Numbered from the stretch's first letter, positions 1-8,979 are shown. The stretch: DNA of 64,000 nt from Christensenella sp. UBA1750 (GCA_002315655.1 DCHO01000065.1:3161-67160); one strand, 5' to 3'. Numbers and translations: made by a program. Notes: generated by a model from the sequence alone, not told the origin.

Positions 1-64
1 TTTTCATTCGGTCGATCATCTGTCCTCTCATGTTCCCACCCAATCCGATGTCTCTGACTGTCAT
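1..64 (-). CDS. 5' end (21 codons, MTVRDIGLGGNMRGQMIDRMK) of an unidentified gene that runs off the left edge
   Basis: ATG at 64-62 on the minus strand, preceded 8 nt upstream by AAAGGAGGAAG. The frame stays open to position 1. Too short to name. Confidence 0.35.
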   Translation of the reverse strand, partial: MTVRDIGLGGNMRGQMIDRMK

Positions 65-164
65 TGTCTCTTCCTCCTTTGTACTTTAGGATATACTAAT
101 ATTCACAGTGAAACCCAAAATCACTCTTTTTATGTAGTTAATTTTATGTTAATTTTCAAATTTA

Positions 165-205
165 AGAAAAAAGGAGCGGACAGCCTGTTCTCACGCTCCT
201 TTTTA
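165..205 (-). terminator. intrinsic terminator downstream of the 91-aa ORF
   Basis: Stem AAGGAGCG (171-178) / CGCTCCTT (194-201), flanked by an A-run on the plus strand, which is a T-run on the minus strand. Confidence 0.6.
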
Positions 206-211
206 CACTTA

Positions 212-487
212 CTATTTATCTTTCAAAATAGATAGCACCCCGCCGCACTGGGAAAGCTCAATGATGAGATGGGCATTGTTCTTCATGAACCTGCTCCATT
301 TCTCCATCTCCTGTTCGGAATACCCACAGATTTCCGTCCATTCATAATCCGGCAAAAAGCAGGTCGCATGGCAAAAGCCACCTTTTTCATCCGGGGTTTT
401 GATGCAGACCTTGACCCGTCCATCCGGCTTCATTTCCGAATGAACGATTTCGGTATCATCCCCCCATGTCATATAAGGGTACATCAT
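212..487 (-). CDS. hypothetical 91-aa protein, translationally coupled to the upstream esterase
   Basis: Its ATG shares one base with the esterase stop (TGATG at 489-485). No motif recognised. Confidence 0.55.
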   Translation of the reverse strand: MMYPYMTWGDDTEIVHSEMKPDGRVKVCIKTPDEKGGFCHATCFLPDYEWTEICGYSEQEMEKWSRFMKNNAHLIIELSQCGGVLSILKDK

Positions 488-1308
488 CAGAACGGATTCC
501 CCGCGTCCATCTGATCCAGCCCGAAGAAGTCAAGTGCCTTCTGGATGGCCAGATCCCAGAACCGCCACTCGTGCTTGAACCCGTCGATCTCCTCAAACGT
601 GGCATCGAGCCCGATTTCCTGCGCGTGCTTTTTGAAGTGCTGATAGGAGGCGTAGAGCATATCGTTCTTACCGATGGCGAAATAGAGCCGGGGCAATTCT
701 CCCGTGTGCGCCTTTTCCTCCGCGATGCGCCATGTGTTTTCGTAGGAAGCAAGGAAGGCTTCCATGCCGCCGCGGTTCTCCGCCATGGCGAGCTGGCGGG
801 CGTACATGGAGGGCTGGCGTTCTTCCAGACCCTCGATCTGCTGTGGGGTCGCGGAGAGCACCGCCGCCGCCGCGAACTTTTCGGGATGGTTGAAGGCATA
901 CACGCAGGTGCCTCTGCCGCCCATAGACAGACCGGCGATGAAGTTGTCCTCGCGCTTGTCCGAGGCCGGGAACCAACCGTAGATCAGCGGCATGAGCTCC
1001 TCGGTCAGGTAATCGTACATATTGAAGCCGATGGAGAAATGCTCCCAGTTGGCGTAGTTGGAGTTCATGGCGGACGGCATGACCACGATCAGGTCTTTTT
1101 CGCAGGCGTAAAGCTCAATGTTGCTCTTGCGAACCCAGTCGGAGTGGTCGCCGAAGGTGCCGTGCAACAGCCAGAGCACCTTGTATTTTTTGCCGCTCCC
1201 GTAGAACTGCGCAGGCGTCAGGGCGCGGGGCTTGTCGGGCAGGATGACGGAAACGGTGTGGTTGTTGTTGAGATACTGGCTTTCAAAATTGAAGGTCACA
1301 AGAGCCAT
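487..1308 (-). CDS. alpha/beta-hydrolase esterase (putative esterase / tributyrin-esterase-like family)
   Basis: Nucleophile elbow GLSMGG, LWLLHG oxyanion region and a C-terminal HEW region, typical of the Esterase (PF00756-like) fold. GGGGGA RBS upstream of the ATG at 1308. Confidence 0.8.
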   Translation of the reverse strand: MALVTFNFESQYLNNNHTVSVILPDKPRALTPAQFYGSGKKYKVLWLLHGTFGDHSDWVRKSNIELYACEKDLIVVMPSAMNSNYANWEHFSIGFNMYDYLTEELMPLIYGWFPASDKREDNFIAGLSMGGRGTCVYAFNHPEKFAAAAVLSATPQQIEGLEERQPSMYARQLAMAENRGGMEAFLASYENTWRIAEEKAHTGELPRLYFAIGKNDMLYASYQHFKKHAQEIGLDATFEEIDGFKHEWRFWDLAIQKALDFFGLDQMDAGNPF

Positions 1309-1335
1309 AGTTACATCCCCCTACATATTATATAT

Positions 1336-1366
1336 TGCCAAAAACAGGCGAAATGCCTGTTTCGGT
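1336..1366 (-). terminator. intrinsic terminator after the M14-like gene
   Basis: Stem AAACAGGC (1342-1349) / GCCTGTTT (1355-1362). On the minus strand it runs into TTTTTGG. Confidence 0.5.
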
Positions 1367-1390
1367 GCGGAAAAAATGTTCCGGCGCAAT

Positions 1391-2539
1391 CTAATCCTCT
1401 TGCATCATCAAGTAATGCTCCAAGGCAAGCGCAAGCTGTCCGCCCAAGCCGCGCATGGTTTTCTGTGAGGTGCGGTTCCACGGGCGGCCAAAGTAGGTGG
1501 TCTCAAAGGAGGTGCACACCCGCGCACCGCTTTCCGCCATCCAATCGTCGCAGGCCAGCGGCGGCTTTTCCCGCAGGGTATCGCCGCCCTCCAAGAAGTT
1601 GCCGTCCCAGTCCATCTGAACGTGCTTGTCCAGCAGTTGCTCATAAATGAGGCAATCCTCGGGCTTTTGGAACATACAGTTGAGCCGCAGCTCGCGCCCC
1701 AGCTCGGCGGTGCGCAGGGCATTCTTTTTCGTCGTGGGGCGCACCATGTAAGGCACGTCGCTCATGCCGCCCCACTTGTACGGCGAATGGCAGTCGATGG
1801 CGATGAGATCGTCGGTGCGCTTCGCCAGCTCCTTCACCTTGCGAACGGTAATATAACGTCCCTCCTGATAGTCGCGGTTGTGGTCGTGCGGGGCGCGGGC
1901 CTTGCCCTGATCGCCGTCCACAATGCCGTCCAAATCCACAAACGGCACCACCATCACCTCATACCGCTGTAAAACGGGGTAAATGAGGGGATTGTCCCAC
2001 GACAGCAGGTGGTCGATGATGCCCTCCATCAGATAATTGCCCGTGCTCTCACAGGCGTGGTGCCGCGCCGTCAGCATGAAGGTGCCGTGGTTGCCCTTCT
2101 TGCCGATGCGCATATAGGGCACCTCGCGCCCCTTTTCGGAGAGGCACAGCACGCCGGTCTCCACCAGCGGATTGTCCCTGTATTTTTCGACAAAGCGGTT
2201 CCAGTTTTCCACATCGTAAGGGATGCAGAAGGCAAACTCCGCCGTATCACAGTGCTCCGGCACGGTGAAGGTGAAGCAGGAACCCGATACGCGGTGTTCT
2301 TCCCCGATAAAGTGCCAGTCCTCCTGTCCGAATTTCACGGCAGGTCCCCAGTAGCCCACGACCTCGCCGTTCGTGAACTCCACGCGGTAATTGTCGCCCT
2401 GCACAAGCTCCGTCATGCGGAACCGCCAATAGAACCACCATTCCGTCGTGTCGCGCAGCTCCTGATGCCCGTAAATTACGTTGTTTTCAATTTTTTCCAC
2501 GGCGAAGTTCCCGCCGGGAATGTCCGTCACGATTCTCAT
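1391..2539 (-). CDS. cytoplasmic M14-family zinc carboxypeptidase-like protein
   Basis: HxxE zinc motif (ARHHACES) and a later DCHS histidine, as in M14 peptidases. No signal peptide. AGAGG RBS upstream of the ATG at 2539. Confidence 0.65.
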   Translation of the reverse strand: MRIVTDIPGGNFAVEKIENNVIYGHQELRDTTEWWFYWRFRMTELVQGDNYRVEFTNGEVVGYWGPAVKFGQEDWHFIGEEHRVSGSCFTFTVPEHCDTAEFAFCIPYDVENWNRFVEKYRDNPLVETGVLCLSEKGREVPYMRIGKKGNHGTFMLTARHHACESTGNYLMEGIIDHLLSWDNPLIYPVLQRYEVMVVPFVDLDGIVDGDQGKARAPHDHNRDYQEGRYITVRKVKELAKRTDDLIAIDCHSPYKWGGMSDVPYMVRPTTKKNALRTAELGRELRLNCMFQKPEDCLIYEQLLDKHVQMDWDGNFLEGGDTLREKPPLACDDWMAESGARVCTSFETTYFGRPWNRTSQKTMRGLGGQLALALEHYLMMQED

Positions 2540-2550
2540 AAAATCGCCTC

Positions 2551-3555
2551 TTATTTCAGCATTTCCCGCAGGTACGGCAGCACTCTTTCCGCCATGCGGT
2601 AGAAGCCCAAGTCATTGGGGTGGCAGCCGTCCGCCGTGCAGGAATCCCGGTCGGTGTCCCCGAAAAGCGTCTGCCCATCCAAGAACCACACCTTTTTGTC
2701 CCCCTCGGACAGCGCCTTTTCGTAGGTCGCCTTCACGATGTCCCGGCGGATGCGGTTTTCCTCCATGGCCGCTTCGGTGTAGTCGCTGTCAAAGTCCGGC
2801 TTGCTCATCATTAAGATAGGCAGCTCGGGCTGTTGTTCCCGCACGGCCTTGTAGAAGGGGTAATGGGTGTTTTGCAGATGCTCCGGGGTGGGCGCGTTGT
2901 GGTCATAGTCCAGCACGAAGGCGGACATGGGCAGGGACGCGACATACTCCCGCATGACAGGCTCACCCTTGGCATTGCCGGAGAAGCCCAAGTTGATGAA
3001 ATCCGCATCGAGCTTGCGGCAGACCGTGGCAATGTAGTTGATGCCGGGTCGGGATTCCGCACCGCCCTGGGTGATGGAGGAACCATAAAACACGATGGGC
3101 TTCTCTATGGTGTAGGGCTTCGGGGCTTCGATCTTAGCGTCCTCCGGGAAGCCTACTTCAAACAGCAGAATCCTGTTGTAGCAGGGCAGATAGACCTCCA
3201 CATCCTGCATCCTCTCCTGCTTTTCCACCGAAAAGGTGATGAAGGAGGAGGTTGCAAAGTTGTACCCTTTTCCGCCGCGATAGATGCCGTCCACATACAC
3301 ATCCGCGCCGGAGCGTCCGAGGCAACTCATGTTCGTGCCCGCCATGGGCTGCTCCGCCACGGCATAGCGGATGTTCAGCGTTTTTGCATCGGTGCGGAAG
3401 CGAATCCGTCCGCCGGCAGAGTGCCGCGCCAGCGTGGACACACCCTCGCTCACGCTGTCGATGATGTCCATCGGCAGCCGGAAATAGTCGTGCCCCTCAT
3501 GGACGCACAGACCATGCAGCTTGAGCGGTTCATCGTTGAGTGTCAGCCATTTCAT
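2551..3555 (-). CDS. SGNH/GDSL-type hydrolase (putative carbohydrate esterase) with an N-terminal beta-rich domain
   Basis: SGNH blocks present: FYGSSITQG (Ser), FSGNAKG (Gly), DHNAP (Asn), DGCHPND (Asp-x-x-His). GAAGGAG RBS. Confidence 0.75.
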   Translation of the reverse strand: MKWLTLNDEPLKLHGLCVHEGHDYFRLPMDIIDSVSEGVSTLARHSAGGRIRFRTDAKTLNIRYAVAEQPMAGTNMSCLGRSGADVYVDGIYRGGKGYNFATSSFITFSVEKQERMQDVEVYLPCYNRILLFEVGFPEDAKIEAPKPYTIEKPIVFYGSSITQGGAESRPGINYIATVCRKLDADFINLGFSGNAKGEPVMREYVASLPMSAFVLDYDHNAPTPEHLQNTHYPFYKAVREQQPELPILMMSKPDFDSDYTEAAMEENRIRRDIVKATYEKALSEGDKKVWFLDGQTLFGDTDRDSCTADGCHPNDLGFYRMAERVLPYLREMLK

Positions 3556-3580
3556 AAAGTCCTTGCTCCTTCAGAAAACC

Positions 3581-4636
3581 TTAATACTTGGCGATGATCT
3601 TTTCGATTTCCAGCCGCTTCTTTTCGTTCTCGGCCACCAGCTTTGCCTGGGTTCTGGCGCGGACGAGGTTGTGCTCGGCGTAGTCGGTGTGGAAATACAC
3701 ATCGCCGTTTAAGTAGTCGGCAAGGAAGCGGGAGCCGCATTCCAGCGTCATGAGCTTTGCGGCGTCGGGCAGGGTCTCGCGCTCCAGTTTGGTAAGAGAC
3801 TGTCCGCAGGTGCCCAAGAATCCGTCCGCATAAGCGTCATACAGCTCCAAAGACAGCCAGACCTTTTCCAAGTCCTTTTCGTCCTCCAAGCCCGTGGACG
3901 CGCCGAAGCGGATGGAATCGCCGAAATCGTTCCCGGCCAGCCCGGGCATCACGGTGTCCAAGTCCAGCACGCACAGCGGTTTGCGGGTCTTGGCATCCAG
4001 CATAACGTTGTCCAGTTTGGTGTCGTTGTGGGTGACGCGCAGGGGCAGCTCGCCCTTTTCCTGCATCGTGACCATCAGCGCCGCGTCCTCCCGGCGGGCA
4101 AGGTAGAAGTCAATGTCCGCCTGAACGTTTTTGGCTCTGCCCATGTTGTCGTTCCTGATGGCTTCATCCAGCTGCTTATAGCGGTTGACGGTGTTGTGGA
4201 ACATGGGGATGGTCTCCACCAGCGTGTCTGCCGGGAAGCCGGACAACGCCTTCTGGAACATACCGAAGCCGATGCCGGACTGTCTGAAATCCTCGGCGGT
4301 GCCGGAGGACAGCGCCACGGCGTCCGTAATCATTTCCTCCACGCGCCAATATTCGTCATTTTCCGTGCGGATGTAATTCTTGCCGTCCAGCGTGTCAATC
4401 ATGGTGAGCACATGGCGCGGGTCGGGGTCGTTGGCGCGAAGGTACTTCGTCACCTTGTCGATGTTGCCCATGAGGCCTTCGACGTTCTGGAAAATCTTGT
4501 TGTTGATGCGCTGCAGGATGTACTCATGGGGCGCATCGGTGACGACCTTGAAGGTGGAATTGATGTGCCCGCCGCCAAAGGGCGTGATGGACACGGGTTT
4601 TCCTATGATTTTGAATTGTTTGAGCAGCTTTTCCAT
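3581..4636 (-). CDS. nahK: N-acetylhexosamine 1-kinase (APH-fold anomeric kinase)
   Basis: Long stretches match my recollection of Bifidobacterium NahK: GGGHINSTF, RVTHNDTKLDNVMLD, DFGDSIRFGASTGLEDEKDL, LTLECGSRFLADYLNGDVYF, EHNLVRARTQAKLV. GGAGGG RBS sits inside the end of the upstream gene. Confidence 0.85.
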   Translation of the reverse strand: MEKLLKQFKIIGKPVSITPFGGGHINSTFKVVTDAPHEYILQRINNKIFQNVEGLMGNIDKVTKYLRANDPDPRHVLTMIDTLDGKNYIRTENDEYWRVEEMITDAVALSSGTAEDFRQSGIGFGMFQKALSGFPADTLVETIPMFHNTVNRYKQLDEAIRNDNMGRAKNVQADIDFYLARREDAALMVTMQEKGELPLRVTHNDTKLDNVMLDAKTRKPLCVLDLDTVMPGLAGNDFGDSIRFGASTGLEDEKDLEKVWLSLELYDAYADGFLGTCGQSLTKLERETLPDAAKLMTLECGSRFLADYLNGDVYFHTDYAEHNLVRARTQAKLVAENEKKRLEIEKIIAKY

Positions 4637-4639
4637 TGC

Positions 4640-5557
4640 TTATTCCCTCCACAGATATTCGGGGTAAACGCCCGCTTTGACTTTTTCTTTCAGAGCGTCC
4701 TTGACCTGCTGCAAGTCCTCCTTGTAGGTCATGCCGTACCACACCTCGCTTGTGGGCTCGACCTTGACGGTGCACAGCCCTTCCTTTAACATGAGGTCGG
4801 GAATGAGCGGCAGGAAGTATTCGCATTTTAAGGGGTTCTTGGGCAGGTTCTCGGAAAGCCACGGTTCGAAACGCTTCTCGATCTGCGGCATGATGCTGGG
4901 TTGGAACGCCCACAGGTTCATGGAAACGAAGGTGCCGGCGGGAACGAAAGTGTAGGTTTCGCCGTCCTCGGTAAAGGCCGCGCCTTCTCCCTCTTTTACG
5001 ACCTTGGTGCGCTCGGTGATGGCGGTTAGGTAGCTCTTCGCATTGACCTCGCACACGCCGCGGGCGACGGAGCCGGAGTCGGACAGGGTGTTTTCGATCT
5101 TGTAGCCCACCATGGCGTATTCATCCTCGGCGGTGTGGCTGTCCAGGAAGTCCGCCGCAGCCTGAAAGGCGGTAGGACCGTAGAAGTCGTCCGCATTGAT
5201 GACGGCAAAGGGCGCGTCAATCAGGTCCTTGGCGCACAGCACGGCGTGGGCGGTGCCAAAGGGCTTGGTTCTGCCTTCGGGCACGGTGAAGCCTTCGGGC
5301 AGCGCATCCATGGTCTGATAGGCGAACTGCACCTCGGCAAACTTTCCCATGCGGGAGAGAATGACCTCGGCAAAGTCCGCTTCCATCTCGGGCTTGATGA
5401 TGCACACAATCTTGGTAAACCCGGCCTTGATGGCATCGTACATGGAATAGTCGATGAGCAGGCAGCCGTTATCGTCCACAGGCGCGGCCTGCTTGAGCCC
5501 GCCGAAGCGGCTTCCCAGTCCGGCCGCCATAATCACAAGTATCTTTTCACGTTTCAT
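4640..5557 (-). CDS. sugar-1-phosphate nucleotidylyltransferase (NTP_transferase family)
   Basis: N-terminal ILVIMAAGLGSRFGG nucleotide-binding motif. I prefer the ATG at 5557 (RBS GGAAGGAA 8 nt upstream) over the ORF-track start at 5593. Confidence 0.7.
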   Translation of the reverse strand: MKREKILVIMAAGLGSRFGGLKQAAPVDDNGCLLIDYSMYDAIKAGFTKIVCIIKPEMEADFAEVILSRMGKFAEVQFAYQTMDALPEGFTVPEGRTKPFGTAHAVLCAKDLIDAPFAVINADDFYGPTAFQAAADFLDSHTAEDEYAMVGYKIENTLSDSGSVARGVCEVNAKSYLTAITERTKVVKEGEGAAFTEDGETYTFVPAGTFVSMNLWAFQPSIMPQIEKRFEPWLSENLPKNPLKCEYFLPLIPDLMLKEGLCTVKVEPTSEVWYGMTYKEDLQQVKDALKEKVKAGVYPEYLWRE

Positions 5558-5692
5558 AGATTTGTTCCTTCCTTTTTGCGCCAATGTCGGCACACACAGA
5601 TTCTATTTTATCCTACCATAATCCGCACAAAATTGCAAATTCTACCTTCCCTGTTGAAACAAAAAATTTGCGTTTTCGTCCGTCTTCCGGGT

Positions 5693-5722
5693 TTGACAAA
5701 ACCCGCGGGCTCTATCTATAAT
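5693..5722 (+). promoter_or_regulatory. sigma-A-type promoter of proA
   Basis: TTGACA (5693-5698), 18-nt spacer, TATAAT (5717-5722), about 50 nt upstream of the proA ATG. Confidence 0.6.
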
Positions 5723-5773
5723 AGTACAGGATGGGTTTTTCTCGTCTGCACTACGAAAAGGCAGGATGATTGT

Positions 5774-7033
5774 ATGACGCAGAGCGTGATGGAAATAGGC
5801 AAAAAGGCCAAGGCCGCTTCCCTCCAAATGGCGATAACGGGCATTGTTCTCCGCAACAGAGCCCTGTGCGAAATGGCACAGGAACTGCGCGCCCGCAAGG
5901 AAGCCATTCTTTCCGCAAACGAAAGGGACATTGCTTCTGCCCGTGAGAAGGGTTTGAAGGAAGCCTTTATCGAGCGGCTGACGCTGAACGACAAGCGCAT
6001 TGAGGGCATGGCACAGGGCTTGGAGGAGGTCGCCGCACTCCCCGACCCCATCGGCACGGCAGATAGGATGTGGACGCGCCCCAACGGGCTGCGCATCCTG
6101 CAAAAGCGCGTTCCCTTGGGCGTCATCGGCATCATCTATGAGTCCCGCCCCAACGTCACCTCCGACGCGGCGGCCATCTGCATCAAGTCCGGCAACGCCT
6201 GCATCCTGCGCGGCGGCTCGGAGGCCATTTTCTCCAACTGCGCCATCATGGACGCGCTGGAAGCCGCAGCAGCATCCGCCGGTCTTCCCGACGGCGCGGT
6301 GAATCTGGTACGCGACCCCTCCCGCGAGGCGGCGGCGGAGCTTATGCAGTTGACGGGTTATCTCGATGTGCTCATCCCCCGGGGCGGCGCAGGGCTCATC
6401 CGTGCCGTGCTGAACACCGCAAAGGTGCCTGTCATCGAGACCGGCACGGGCAACTGCCACGTTTATGTGGACAAGGAATGTCACGACTTTTCCATGGCGA
6501 AAAATGTCGTTTACAATGCCAAGTTGCGCCGGGTGTCCGTGTGCAACGCCATGGAAACCCTATTGGTTCACAAAGATATAGCCGAAGCCTTCCTTCCCGA
6601 AATGCTCACTCTGCTGCATGAGGAAGGCCATGTGGAAATCCGCGGGGACGAGACCGTCCGTGCGCTCTGCCCTTATGCCTTGGAAGCCACGGAGGAAGAC
6701 TGGGCGACGGAATATGATGACTACATCTTAGCCGTAAAAGTGGTTTCTTCGTTAGAGGAAGCCATCGCCCACATCAACACCTACGGCACCCGCCATTCCG
6801 AGAGCATTTTAACCGACGATGTGAACCGTGCGCAGAAATTCATGGACATGGTAGACGCGGCGGCAGTGTACTTAAACGCCCCCACCTCCTTCACCGACGG
6901 CGGCGAGTTCGGCTTTGGCGCGGAGATCGGCATCAGCAACCAAAAGCTGCACGCCAGAGGCCCCATGGGACCGGAGCATCTGACCACCATCAAGTATCAG
7001 ATCTTCGGCAGCGGGCAGACCCGCAAGGCTTGA
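5774..7033 (+). CDS. proA: gamma-glutamyl phosphate reductase
   Basis: ProA-typical sequence (PLGVIGIIYESRPNVT, CILRGGSEA, IETGTGNCHVY, RVSVCNAMETLLVH, HSESILT). The in-frame ATG at 5774 follows AAAGGCAGGA. The 5135-5773 part of the ORF is a non-coding extension overlapping the divergent gene. Confidence 0.9.
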   Translation: MTQSVMEIGKKAKAASLQMAITGIVLRNRALCEMAQELRARKEAILSANERDIASAREKGLKEAFIERLTLNDKRIEGMAQGLEEVAALPDPIGTADRMWTRPNGLRILQKRVPLGVIGIIYESRPNVTSDAAAICIKSGNACILRGGSEAIFSNCAIMDALEAAAASAGLPDGAVNLVRDPSREAAAELMQLTGYLDVLIPRGGAGLIRAVLNTAKVPVIETGTGNCHVYVDKECHDFSMAKNVVYNAKLRRVSVCNAMETLLVHKDIAEAFLPEMLTLLHEEGHVEIRGDETVRALCPYALEATEEDWATEYDDYILAVKVVSSLEEAIAHINTYGTRHSESILTDDVNRAQKFMDMVDAAAVYLNAPTSFTDGGEFGFGAEIGISNQKLHARGPMGPEHLTTIKYQIFGSGQTRKA

Positions 7034-7128
7034 TCCTCTTGTGAACAAATTATTGACAAAAATTTCAATTTGATTGCAATATTACGAAACATCCTGTGTT
7101 TCCGTTTCGTTGGAAAGGTGGTGTGAAG

Positions 7129-7638
7129 ATGCAGGAAGGAAATGTCGATATTGACCGGCTGGTGCGGCAGTTTGGCACCATGGTCATGCGGCAGGCTTAT
7201 TTCTATCTGAAAGACAAGCAGAAGGCCGAGGATGTGTGTCAGGAAGTGTTCCTGCGCATCTACAAAAAGCGGCCCGAGCTTCCCGATGAGCAGAGTGAAA
7301 AAGCCTATCTTCTGCGTGTGACCATCAATCTGTGCAAGGATCAGTTAAAATCCGCATGGCACAGAAAGGTCGTTCCCATGGCGGAGAACTTCGATGCACC
7401 CAGCGCCGGACTGACGCCGGAAGCGGAGTCTGTGCAGGGCGAGGAAAAGCAGCTGCTTTATCAGGCGGTCATGGAGCTTCCGGAGATTTACAAGGATGTG
7501 GTTCTGCTCTTCTATTATCACGATATGCAGACCGCAGACATCGCCAAGGTGCTGAAAATACCCGAAGTGACGGTAAGAACCCGCCTGATGCGGGCGCGAG
7601 GACGTCTCAAGGAGACGTTAAAGGGGAGAATGGTATGA
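7129..7638 (+). CDS. ECF-type RNA polymerase sigma-70 family factor
   Basis: Region 2 (EDVCQEVFLRIY) and region 4 HTH (TADIAKVLKIPEVTVRTRLMRARGRL). ATG at 7129 after GGAAAGGTGG. Confidence 0.85.
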   Translation: MQEGNVDIDRLVRQFGTMVMRQAYFYLKDKQKAEDVCQEVFLRIYKKRPELPDEQSEKAYLLRVTINLCKDQLKSAWHRKVVPMAENFDAPSAGLTPEAESVQGEEKQLLYQAVMELPEIYKDVVLLFYYHDMQTADIAKVLKIPEVTVRTRLMRARGRLKETLKGRMV

Positions 7639-8162
7639 TCAAGCTGGAACAATTCAGGGAAATCGCTGATGATAATTTGCGCGACCTGTCCGCAGACGAG
7701 CGCATGGTGATGAAGGTCAGGCAGCTCTGCAACGACAGTCCCGTCCGGGTGAAAGCCCGTGTGCCCCGGTTTGCCCTCTGCGCAGCGGCAGCCTGTGTGG
7801 TCGTGATGGGAATTTCTGCCGCTTTTCTCATGAAGGAGAACGCCTTCCCCCGCTCCCGGGTGCTTTCCGAAGCAGCGCCCATGACCCTGACCGCTGCCCA
7901 GCCTACGCAGGCGCGCACATTGTCCTCCAAGCTCTCCACCTCAGAATCCGTTTCCGGCGACTCCCTCTCCTACGGCATCGCCTCCGTGGAGGAATTTTCC
8001 GAGGGCTTCGCCGTAGCGCTTGCCACCACAGACCTTTACGGCTATGTCAACGAGGACAATCTCTGGGTCGTCCTGCCCATGTATGAATCCGCCGCGCCGG
8101 TCAAGGACGGCCGGGCACAGGTCGTGCTGCAGGGCAAGACCATGACCATCGAGGTTCCGTAA
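7635..8162 (+). CDS. membrane anti-sigma factor with a WG-repeat extracytoplasmic domain
   Basis: ATGA overlap with the sigma factor stop (7635-7638). One TM helix (FALCAAAACVVVMGISAAFLM). C-terminal FSEGFAVA..DLYGYVNEDNLWVV..YESAAPVKDGRAQV resembles KWG/WG repeats. Confidence 0.7.
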   Translation: MIKLEQFREIADDNLRDLSADERMVMKVRQLCNDSPVRVKARVPRFALCAAAACVVVMGISAAFLMKENAFPRSRVLSEAAPMTLTAAQPTQARTLSSKLSTSESVSGDSLSYGIASVEEFSEGFAVALATTDLYGYVNEDNLWVVLPMYESAAPVKDGRAQVVLQGKTMTIEVP

Positions 8163-8262
8163 AATTCCCGCGCCAAAACGTCGCGCAAACGCATTTTTGT
8201 GCTTGCGAAACCGGAATAAATTGCATATAATAAAGGCAGTAAAATCAAAGGAGGAATTTCCT

Positions 8263-8979
8263 ATGAAGAAATTGGTCAAGGCTTTGTCCCTTCTTCTGGC
8301 TCTTGTCTGCATCCTGTCCATGACCGTTGTGGTCAGTGCCGGAACCAAGTGCCTGAAAACCCCTTACATCAGCGCTTCCGTGAAGCAGACCGACCATTAT
8401 CAGAGAACCGTCAGCATTGACGTTTCCAACCTTGAGGACGTCACTTACCTGAAAATCAAGGAGACCCGCACCTCCGGTGCCGGCAAGTATGTCGTTTCCC
8501 GCTCCGTCACCAATCCTTCCGAAGGTAAGCTCACCCTCACTTACACCTTCAAGGTAGCCACCAACGAGAAGGACGTTGTCAAGTTCTACGTTGTGGAGTG
8601 CTACAACGGCACGACCAAGCTGGCGGAAAAGACCGTCTATGTCGGCTCCAACCAGTATTTCGACATTGACTCTCTGGACGATGGCTCCGAAAGCCGCGGC
8701 TCCTACGACGGCCTCCGCCCCTCCTACAAGGAAGAACCCGCTTCCTCCTCCGATCAGTGGACGGGCTACCAGGACGATAAGGTTTCCTACGTCGGCATCT
8801 ACACCGTCAAGTGCAACAAGCTGAACGTCCGCGCCGGAATGTCCACCAAGAGCAAGAAGGTCGGCTCCATCAAGAAGGGCACCAACGTCTGCGTCTACAC
8901 CTTCAACGAAGGCTGGGCGAAGATTCTCTACGAAGGCGAATACTGCTACGTCTCCGCCAAGTACCTGAAGCTCGCTTAA
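8263..8979 (+). CDS. secreted protein with a C-terminal bacterial SH3 domain
   Basis: Signal peptide MKKLVKALSLLLALVCILSMTVVVSAG. C-terminal YTVKCNKLNVRAGMSTKSKKVGSIKKGTNV..GWAKILYEGEYCYVSAKYL is SH3_3-like. AAAGGAGGAA RBS. Confidence 0.7.
   Translation: MKKLVKALSLLLALVCILSMTVVVSAGTKCLKTPYISASVKQTDHYQRTVSIDVSNLEDVTYLKIKETRTSGAGKYVVSRSVTNPSEGKLTLTYTFKVATNEKDVVKFYVVECYNGTTKLAEKTVYVGSNQYFDIDSLDDGSESRGSYDGLRPSYKEEPASSSDQWTGYQDDKVSYVGIYTVKCNKLNVRAGMSTKSKKVGSIKKGTNVCVYTFNEGWAKILYEGEYCYVSAKYLKLA

Noticed and set aside
466-1650. 394-aa plus-strand ORF overlapping the esterase and M14-like genes
   Set aside because: It is antisense to two genes with clear catalytic motifs. It has Arg/Gly/Pro/His-rich composition typical of shadow ORFs in GC-rich DNA, no RBS and no motif.
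5135-5773. N-terminal 213-codon extension of the proA ORF
   Set aside because: It overlaps the divergent nucleotidyltransferase gene and contains the proA promoter itself. ProA homology begins at the ATG at 5774. Similar upstream extensions were trimmed for spoIVA, rbr, the ABC exporter genes, the M42 peptidase and others.
5774-7033. proA without an adjacent proB as an anomaly
   Set aside because: proB may simply lie elsewhere in the genome. This cannot be evaluated from one window.
7052-7102. Promoter for the ECF sigma gene (TTGACA at 7052-7057) and a weak hairpin GAAACA-N5-TGTTTC as the proA terminator
   Set aside because: No acceptable -10 lies at 16-19 nt spacing, and the hairpin has only 6 bp. 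Both are too weak to report as features.
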